64,000 bases of DNA from a virus (taxonomy: Duplodnaviria > Caudoviricetes), in the IMG/VR virus record IMGVR_UViG_3300031867_000001, positions 1 through 64,000 of that record. One strand, 5' to 3'. Both the position numbers and the translations under genes were made by a program. Positions 40,342 through 47,173 of the stretch are shown one piece after another (the stretch's first letter is position 1; the number at the start of each line of letters is the position of its first letter). Under the pieces are notes generated by a model that was not told where the DNA came from, searched no databases, and saw nothing but the letters and a program-made list of their open reading frames with translations.

Positions 40342-40479
40342 GGGGACGATAGCTCAGTTGGTAGAGCACGTAAATGTCACTGTTACAAAAATCCTCACCG
40401 GATAGGTGATGCAGAAGTTAACAGTTACTTCGCATATGGAGCGCGTTGTCGTTAGTTCAAATCTAACTCGTCCCCCTCA
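40342..40479 (+). ncRNA. tRNA-shaped RNA with a circularly permuted Y-RNA module replacing the anticodon arm
   Basis: GGGGACGA/TCGTCCCC acceptor; GCTC-AGTTGGTA-GAGC D-arm; GTTAG-TTCAAAT-CTAAC T-arm; insert ACTGTTA..ATCCTCACC-loop-GGTGATGCAG..TAACAGTTACTTCG. Confidence 0.72.
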
Positions 40480-40489
40480 TTTAATATTG

Positions 40490-40629
40490 ATATACCGATG
40501 CAGTGATGCCTGGATACTTCGTGGTGAATAGGTTAACACATAAGAATGAAAATCTTACATATCGGGTTCAAGTCCCGACGGGACATCTAATAGATGTTTA
40601 TGTCTCCAAGCTCGATATTCTCGGTATAT
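40490..40629 (+). ncRNA. Y RNA-like RNA, copy 5, enclosing D, anticodon(GAA) and T arms
   Basis: ATATACCGA/TCGGTATAT; GATGCAG..TACTTCG; TAAGA-ATGAAAA-TCTTA; TCGGG-TTCAAGT-CCCGA; ATTCTC. Confidence 0.7.
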
Positions 40630-40638
40630 TAATATAAT

Positions 40639-40715
40639 GCGACTGTAGTTCAATTGGTCAGAACATCTGCCTTCCAAGCAGGGGGTTGCGAATTCGAGTT
40701 TCGTCAGTCGCTCCA
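40639..40715 (+). tRNA. tRNA-Gly(TCC)
   Basis: GCGACTG/CAGTCGC; CTTCCAA loop; CCA. Confidence 0.88.
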
Positions 40716-40716
40716 C

Positions 40717-40815
40717 ATGCATGATGCAGTTATATCAGTTACTTCGATAACCTGTCACGTTATAATGAGTATTCTGCAAAGAATAATGTGTACTGGTATA
40801 AACATTCTCATGCAT
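40717..40815 (+). ncRNA. Y RNA-like RNA, copy 6
   Basis: ATGCATGA/TCATGCAT; GATGCAG..TATATCAGT-TACTTCG...ACTGGTATA..ATTCTC. Confidence 0.72.
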
Positions 40816-40822
40816 ATTATTC

Positions 40823-40896
40823 GGGTCATTAGTCCAGTTGGTTAGAACGCAGCACTGTTAATGCTGATGTCATAGGTTCAAGTCCTATATGGCCCG
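40823..40896 (+). tRNA. tRNA-Asn(GTT)
   Basis: CAGCA-CTGTTAA-TGCTG; GGTTCAAGTCC. Confidence 0.9.
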
Positions 40897-40901
40897 CTTA
40901 T

Positions 40902-40978
40902 GGCTGGTTAGTAGAGTTGGTTAATACACCGGGTTTTCATCCCAGAGATCAGGAGTTCGATCCTCCTACCAGTCACCA
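40902..40978 (+). tRNA. tRNA-Glu(TTC)
   Basis: GGG-TTTTCAT-CCC; GTTCGATC; CCA. Confidence 0.82.
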
Positions 40979-41083
40979 CGGGGTTATTATTTGAATAACC
41001 TCGCATTATGAAATGTTTGCAGGGCTTTTATGCCCTGCATTCATTTTCATTTTATTTTTATCATTTTAATGAGGTGATTAATC

Positions 41084-41278
41084 ATGACTGTTAACAAAAT
41101 CAAATTTCCAGATGGTACAGTAATCGATGTTGATAATGAAAAAACATTGAATGAGATTATGTCAATGCGTAAAGACATTAGAGACTTGAAAGATGCTGTT
41201 GGAACATTGAATTACAGAATCAATGATGTTATGCATATGATCGAAGAATTAAAACGTGATGTTTCATATTTACATTAA
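41084..41278 (+). CDS. small coiled-coil protein
   Basis: GAGGTG RBS; 64 aa. Confidence 0.6.
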   Translation: MTVNKIKFPDGTVIDVDNEKTLNEIMSMRKDIRDLKDAVGTLNYRINDVMHMIEELKRDVSYLH

Positions 41279-41372
41279 ACGATACAACTAACAAATATAG
41301 TGGATGGAATATAGTCGGTCTGATTCTCAAATTTCATACAATGATTCTTCCTTTTGCAACCATCCACTTTAG

Positions 41373-41448
41373 GTCCGTTTAGCTCAGTTGGTAGAGCATG
41401 AAACCTTTAATTTCAGGGCCAAGGGTTCAACTCCCTTAACGGACACCA
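41373..41448 (+). tRNA. tRNA-Lys(TTT), atypical C33
   Basis: GTCCGTT/AACGGAC; TGAAA-CCTTTAA-TTTCA; CCA. Confidence 0.82.
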
Positions 41449-41596
41449 TTGGTGCATTGGTACGTGCACCTCAAACACTGTGTAACGGGTCAATGTCAGT
41501 TCACGGACATTGACCCCCTCCTTCTTTACATGGTGAACGTTATTCACTTCTCATAGTTCGGTCGGGGGATTGCTCCCCCGACTCCTCCTTTTTCTA

Positions 41597-41631
41597 TTTT
41601 TTATATTTTATTTATTTATATAATTAATATG
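41597..41631 (+). promoter_or_regulatory. AT-rich promoter motif upstream of the RAMP gene
   Basis: TATTTATATAATTAATATG core shared with the other promoter copies. Confidence 0.55.
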
Positions 41632-41696
41632 TAATGAACACAGGTCAGGTATTCATTACAATATCATTTATAATAAATCTTTGGAGGTAATGTTTT

Positions 41697-42380
41697 ATGA
41701 AAAAGCTTAATGTCAAGGTCGTATTCGTAACAGGTCTGCTCGGTACAAAGCCGAACAATCAGGAAATCTTCTCGGAGTTTATCGCATCTAATGCACCGGA
41801 TGCAAAGACCCGTCAGCAGGAGATTGAAGACTCGTCCGTATCCGAGGTTGTTGACAAGTCGACAACTGTATTCGCCCGCACCAAGGATGGTAGACCCGTA
41901 TTTATGGACTATCACTGGAAGGGTTACTTCAAGGAGAAGTGCTCGTTCCTGAAGAAGAATGATACCGTTGATGATGGTTCCAAGCCGAAGTCCGCATCCA
42001 TCAAGGCTTTCAAGAAAGAGATTGATGGAAACATCTTCGTGTATCCCCGCAAGATCGTAATCCATACTGATGATGAGCTCACGATCAACCAGAGACCTCT
42101 CCGCACACAGACTATGCAGGGTGAACGTGTTGCGCTCAATTCGTCTGAGGAGATTCATGCACGTTCGTGGTGTGAGTTCACCGTAGAGTGCGAAATCGAG
42201 AAGCATGTTGAGTCCGTTCGTGAGTGGCTGAATTATGGTGTTAAGCACGGCACTGGTCAGTGGAGAAACTCTGGTGCAGGTAGATTCCTGTGGATGGAAC
42301 TCGATGATGAAGGAAACCAGATCGGTGGAAACTACACGGAAGAGAAACTCGAAGAGCTGATTGCTGAAGACGAGCTGTAA
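41697..42380 (+). CDS. stand-alone Cas7/Csm3-like RAMP protein (Vipr-like)
   Basis: RAMP signatures: LNVKVVFVTGLLG, DGRPVFMDYHWKGYFKE, SEEIHARSWCEFTV and the Gly-rich loop GTGQWRNSGAGRF; no other cas gene in the window. Confidence 0.8.
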   Translation: MKKLNVKVVFVTGLLGTKPNNQEIFSEFIASNAPDAKTRQQEIEDSSVSEVVDKSTTVFARTKDGRPVFMDYHWKGYFKEKCSFLKKNDTVDDGSKPKSASIKAFKKEIDGNIFVYPRKIVIHTDDELTINQRPLRTQTMQGERVALNSSEEIHARSWCEFTVECEIEKHVESVREWLNYGVKHGTGQWRNSGAGRFLWMELDDEGNQIGGNYTEEKLEELIAEDEL

Positions 42381-42390
42381 TATGTGTGAT

Positions 42391-42419
42391 AATATGGTGG
42401 GAGTTACTCCCACCATATT
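42391..42419 (+). terminator. hairpin between RAMP gene and array (terminator or processing site)
   Basis: AATATGGTGGGAG-TTA-CTCCCACCATATT. Confidence 0.6.
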
Positions 42420-42432
42420 TATATATCGCATT

Positions 42433-43000
42433 GGTATAGCTTAGTTAGATAGCGTGATATTCAGTAACGGTCCAGCCCCGCGAAGTAGGGCAGTGTAACG
42501 GTTAGGCGTGGTCCAATGTAGTGAAGTAATGTAAAGGTATAGTGTGGACCAGCGTAGAAATGTGTTGGTACGGTGTAGTCCAACAAAGTAAGGTTGTGTG
42601 CCGGTATGGTGGAACAAAGTAGGATCATGTAATGTGCTGGTACGACGACGTGGAGTAGATTCAAGTTTCGCACTGTAATGGCATGGTGAAGCAAGGTGAA
42701 GCACCGTAATGTTATGGCACGGTATGTTGAGGTCAAGTAAAGTAATGGTATGGTGGAGCCGTGTAATCTTCTGTAAAGGTATAGTCAGGTGATGTAACGT
42801 CTGGTAACGGTAATGTCAAGTGAAGTAATGCAGAAGTAATGTAATGGTTTTGTATGGTGTTGTGGACCAGAGTGAGACGATGCTTTGTATCGGTACTGTC
42901 TTGTACTTTGCGGCTTGGTATGGCATAGGTACAGTATTCCGTTGTTCGATAATATACAGCATGGGTACTGCGCAGTTCAATACGGTTCCGTGTGGCGAAT
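42433..43000 (+). repeat. pentameric NGYNN array 1 (about 16 units), putative guide-RNA array
   Basis: Units start GGY and comprise 6-9 pentamers plus one extra base, e.g. GGTAT AGTCA GGTGA TGTAA CGTCT GGTAA C. Confidence 0.85.
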
Positions 43001-43031
43001 CTTATAATAATAAAGAAGGAGAGTGTTAAAT

Positions 43032-43751
43032 ATGCATAAGGTTGATGGAGCAGAACTTCTCGGAATTCTCATTCGTAAGCTTACGGAGAATTGGGAGAAG
43101 TTGTGTGATGAATATTTGGACGAGGGTGAAGATCGTCCATCTTTCGGAGTTCTCCCAACGACCAATTACATCAAATGGTCAAAGGAAAACATCATCAGCA
43201 GTGTTAAGCTGATCAGCGTTGAAGACGAAATATCTGTTGAGGGTGTTAATGGCGCACTTAATGTGGTATGTAATCAGATTGATGGTATGATATTAAACGG
43301 ATATCCGATCCTTGATGATCTGGTTGTCGGATATGATGATGACGATGTTGCAGTATACCATAAGTCATATACCATTCTTGCGGAGAATCTTGCAACGATG
43401 ATGGTAGACGTGCGTGTTCCGGAATTGCTACTGGACTATCTGTATCTCTATCAGAAAATCTGCATTGGCAGATACCTGTATGAGATCAGAAACGTCATCA
43501 CTGATGATGTTGTGACTGGTGCTGATATACTTGGCAAACTGAATAGCTTTGCTATTAGTACACTGGGAGAAAATGCGAAAGTTAATAAGCTTGATCCATT
43601 AAGTAAGTTCGAAGTTGTGACATATGAACGAGAAGCAATCAAGTATGTTGGTATTGATCTGGATCATATCCGGTATGTATTCAAGACATACAATCAAACC
43701 ATTGAAAGATCGCGGACTTTCTATGTCCCCGATGACATTTACAATTCGTAA
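43032..43751 (+). CDS. hypothetical protein embedded between the two arrays
   Basis: ATG 43032 after AAGGAGAG; stop codon lies within the first array-2 delimiter CGTAAT. Confidence 0.75.
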   Translation: MHKVDGAELLGILIRKLTENWEKLCDEYLDEGEDRPSFGVLPTTNYIKWSKENIISSVKLISVEDEISVEGVNGALNVVCNQIDGMILNGYPILDDLVVGYDDDDVAVYHKSYTILAENLATMMVDVRVPELLLDYLYLYQKICIGRYLYEIRNVITDDVVTGADILGKLNSFAISTLGENAKVNKLDPLSKFEVVTYEREAIKYVGIDLDHIRYVFKTYNQTIERSRTFYVPDDIYNS

Positions 43752-45080
43752 TGGTATTGTACAGCGCCGTACAGTGCAATACAGTCCGGTGATGGTAGGG
43801 TGGAGTAAAGTCTCACGGCGTAAAGTCCAGTCATGGCAAAGCAAAGTGTTACAATGTACAGGCGAAACGAGGTATCATATTGCAACGTAATGTGAAGGTT
43901 AGGCGAATCTGGGTACAGTATCGCGTTGTAATGGTAAAGTAAAGTGCACTTTCGTAGCGTCCTGTAATGGTTAAGTTTAGCATTGTGATGTTTAACTGAA
44001 GTTCAGCATAGTGATGTGTCGGCGAAGTAAAGCGTCGTAATATCACGTAAGGTGACGTCATGGTATGGCAAAGCTGCGTAGTATATTGTCTCGTGATGTA
44101 ATGGTAAAGCAAAGTACTGCGGAGTAAAATCTGGTGACGTAAAGGTCATGTTACGTATTGTGTCATCATGTACGGTGCTGGTATGGCAAAGTTACTCAGT
44201 GTATTGTAAAGGCAAAGCAGCGCAATCTCCTGTATTGTTAAGGCAAAGTCAGGTCATGTAATATCCCGTAATGTAAGGGTGAAGCATCGTGCCGAATCGC
44301 ATTGTCTCGTACCGTGTAGGTTATGTTAGGTGAATTAGGGCACAGCATTGTGTTGTATCGGTAAAGCTTAGCTATGTAAGTAAAGTAAGGTATCGGCAAC
44401 GTAAGGTCATACAGCGCACAATAAATTTGTGTAATGGCAGAGTACAGCTTAGCGTGATCACGCATTGTAATGTTTCGGCAAGGAATTGTTATGTTATGTT
44501 CAGGCAGAGTATAGTTGATTGTCGTTATATTTAGCTATGTTCAGGTATTGTGATGCTAAGTGGGCTATAGCACGGTGTTGGTGACGCTAAGTTTGGTATG
44601 GTGGTGTAATGGTTATGTGAAGTTCTGTACAGTCACGGTAAAGTGGAGCATCGTAGGGTGATGTGACGGTTATGTTTAGTTACACACTGCAATGTCACGT
44701 ATTATGTCATCATGTAATGGTAAGGTAGAGTGGAACAATCTTGTGCTGAGTGTAGGTAATGTGGCGCTAAGCAAAGTACTGGTAAAGTTTGGCATGATGA
44801 TATGACGGTGTAGTATAGTTCATCTCAGTAGCGTAACGGTTATGTTTAATGACGTAGAGTAACGTCTCGGCAAGGTATACCTATGTTTTCTGAAGTAATG
44901 TTTTGGTATTGTTATGCACGCTCATGCTAAGCTAAGCAGGGTTTGGTGCAGCGTCGGTATTGTATAGGCTTCTCACGTACAGTTGTGTCGAGTAAAGCAG
45001 CGGTGTTGCATAGTATGATCGAGCGCCGTAGTGGTGTTGTATGCCAGGGTTGACATGCGTTATGTCCGGTATTGTTATAC
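43747..45080 (+). repeat. pentameric NGYNN array 2 (about 35-38 units)
   Basis: Same grammar, e.g. GGTAA AGCAA AGTAC TGCGG AGTAA AATCT GGTGA CGTAA A; no credible ORF. Confidence 0.85.
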
Positions 45081-45096
45081 CACAACAAAAAGAATT

Positions 45097-45130
45097 AAAC
45101 CCCGCCCATATGGGCGGGGCATTCTTTTTT
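45097..45130. terminator. bidirectional terminator closing the array transcript and the lysin gene
   Basis: CCCCGCCCA-TA-TGGGCGGGG followed by a T-run. Confidence 0.75.
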
Positions 45131-46088
45131 ATACTTTCAGCTTCCAACCAACCTTGATGAAGTTTGGAGTAATCTGGGGATACTTGGACTTGTTGTTGTT
45201 AACAATCTTCTTGACAGTAGTCTTGTACTTACTTGCAATTGCACCGAGTGTATCACCACGTTTAACCGTGTATGTTCTCTCAGCATTCGCTTGTGCTGTC
45301 TTAGCAGCGTTTGCTTTCAGAAGCTTATTGACTGCTTCTTGTACAGCCGCATAGTTATAACCAGCTGCTGCCAAACGAGTCTTTCTGTCAGCACCATTAC
45401 CCCACTTACCATCCAGAACTTCTTGAGCAATTTCATCAATACTCTTGGTAGGAGTTGTCGGTTTGGTGGGTGTTACAACTACATCATCATCATTAGACTT
45501 TCCGATATTGTCATTATAACAATATGACATATCTACATCACCGACAATACCATTGATTCGACCCTTCCAAGAATATTGCCACATATCAAATGGACCGGCA
45601 TAAGAGGTCTGTTTGCAATTTATCTGTGCTACCCAGACGGTGTACTTATTCTTCATCTCAGTAGTGAGATAATCAGTCAATCCAGACTTCATGGAATACA
45701 GTCCAGGTGTGTAACCACCATCCTTGATGGTTTGACAGAAAGCATCAGCCATTGCACTTACATTGTTTCTACCAGTATTCAATTGAGATCTTTCTTCAAA
45801 GTCAAAGTATACTGGGAATTGAAGCTTTCTACCGCCCAGAACCTGAAGACATACTTGTGCTTCAAGTTTTGCATCAGCAACTGTCTTGGCATAAGAATAC
45901 CAATACACGCCAACTGGGATGTTGTTATCTACACAACCTTGGTAGTTGCGATCAAACTTCTTATCCTTCTGAGATGCAAGTTTACCAAAACCTGCACGGA
46001 GAATGGCGAAGTTTACTCGATTGGATGCCTTTACTTTAGCCCAATCAATCGTACCATTATGCACGGATACATCAATACCATGTCTCAT
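45129..46088 (-). CDS. endolysin: GH25 muramidase + CW_7 repeat + LysM
   Basis: GIDVSVHNG, VYFDFE, WQYSWKG, DVDM; SIDEIAQEVLDGKWGNGADRK; YTVKRGDTLGAIA. Confidence 0.93.
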   Translation of the reverse strand: MRHGIDVSVHNGTIDWAKVKASNRVNFAILRAGFGKLASQKDKKFDRNYQGCVDNNIPVGVYWYSYAKTVADAKLEAQVCLQVLGGRKLQFPVYFDFEERSQLNTGRNNVSAMADAFCQTIKDGGYTPGLYSMKSGLTDYLTTEMKNKYTVWVAQINCKQTSYAGPFDMWQYSWKGRINGIVGDVDMSYCYNDNIGKSNDDDVVVTPTKPTTPTKSIDEIAQEVLDGKWGNGADRKTRLAAAGYNYAAVQEAVNKLLKANAAKTAQANAERTYTVKRGDTLGAIASKYKTTVKKIVNNNKSKYPQITPNFIKVGWKLKV

Positions 46089-46091
46089 AGA

Positions 46092-46256
46092 TTATTCACC
46101 TCTACCTTTCATATCATTGAAGTATTTGTTTTCGTAACCCCAATCAATGGCTTTCTTTACATCATTTACTTCAACTTCTTCAATCTCTGCAATCTTCTCA
46201 ACCGCATAGCCGTAATGATATGCTTTACAGATCTCTTTCATAACTTCTTCCGTCAT
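46092..46256 (-). CDS. small hypothetical protein upstream of the lysin
   Basis: MTEEVMKEICKAYHYG..., 54 aa; AAGGAG RBS; below the ORF-track cutoff. Confidence 0.6.
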   Translation of the reverse strand: MTEEVMKEICKAYHYGYAVEKIAEIEEVEVNDVKKAIDWGYENKYFNDMKGRGE

Positions 46257-46693
46257 AATGACAACTCCTTTTCTAAATGAAATTTTTTAACCAATTCACG
46301 TGTGGATTCACGAGAATTTGGATTACGTCTCCAATGGGTTGGTGTACCTTTACCAACCATATCCAACAATTCTGGTGGTGCTAAATTATATGGTGTGTGG
46401 AATGAAATTTGATATGGTTTACCATCGATATGAAAATTAAAATATACGAGAATAGAATCATAACCGTTCTGATCATCTTCTTGTTTAACATACCATCTGA
46501 ACATTGACTTTTTATTTGTTTTCAACAATCTCAATGCATTCATCAGATACGGTAATTTTGCGGTATATCCATATCGTACTGCACCACGAATAACATTCTT
46601 TCGAGCACCAATCTCACCCCTTATGCCCTTGCCAGAATCAGAACCGGCTTGTGCCGCAATGATATATCTGGCAATTCGTTCATCTATCGTCAT
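46253..46693 (-). CDS. hypothetical protein
   Basis: MTIDERIARY...QISFH; start at 46693. Confidence 0.65.
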   Translation of the reverse strand: MTIDERIARYIIAAQAGSDSGKGIRGEIGARKNVIRGAVRYGYTAKLPYLMNALRLLKTNKKSMFRWYVKQEDDQNGYDSILVYFNFHIDGKPYQISFHTPYNLAPPELLDMVGKGTPTHWRRNPNSRESTRELVKKFHLEKELSL

Positions 46694-46713
46694 TTGGATA
46701 TCACTCTTTCTAA

Positions 46714-46748
46714 TATATTGAAATTTGAAATATATATAATTAATATGA
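46714..46748 (+). promoter_or_regulatory. conserved AT-rich phage promoter motif, copy 3
   Basis: Same 35-nt motif; followed by a non-coding structured region. Confidence 0.65.
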
Positions 46749-46758
46749 ATAATAAACA

Positions 46759-47101
46759 ATCACATGTTTGATTGCTTATTGCTTCGTTAAAGAGATCAGG
46801 ATTATCTCTGAAGACCCGCGAGTTGCAACACGGGATTCAAACTCCAGATTGACACACGGTGTTGGATGATCGTGTGTACCGATCCAGACTGATCCCCTGG
46901 GTAGGGCGTAGTCACGGCTACGCGTGATTGATGGACTGAACATCCAGTCCAAAACGGCGCTTCGGTGCTGAAGGTGGGATTGATCAACTGCCGAAAATCA
47001 TAATATAAAAGAAGGAGGTGTCCGAGATGAAAGGACATATCAAGCTTTAGCACGTCCCGAGCATGACGTTAAACTGCTCAAACTTAATAAAACAAACGTG
47101 A
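46759..47101 (+). ncRNA. candidate ~340-nt highly structured ncRNA of unknown class
   Basis: Ends pair (TCACATGTTTG/CAAACGTGA); at least six hairpins and two pseudoknots; GC-rich relative to the genome. Confidence 0.55.
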
Positions 47102-47173
47102 ATTATTTTTTTTTGCATTGTATTAATTTCAAAACGATTACGTAACTTTATTTCTTTAAGGAGATGATTTTCA

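Noticed and set aside
41373-41448. Ochre/amber suppressor tRNA and genome recoding
   Set aside because: The 7-nt loop centres on TTT, and long ORFs are intact in code 11 with TAA, TGA and TAG all used as stops.
42433-45080. Canonical CRISPR array next to the Cas7-like gene
   Set aside because: There are no identical direct repeats separated by unique spacers; conservation is periodic at 5 nt within each unit.
42441-45147. Short ORFs on both strands within the arrays (e.g. 42441-42704, 43849-44112, 44238-44465)
   Set aside because: No RBS, and the low-complexity L/H/Y/T translations are a by-product of the pentamer periodicity.
46759-47101. tmRNA or RNase P RNA
   Set aside because: No tRNA-like acceptor/T arm or tag ORF, and no GAGGAAAGUCC-type P4 motif.
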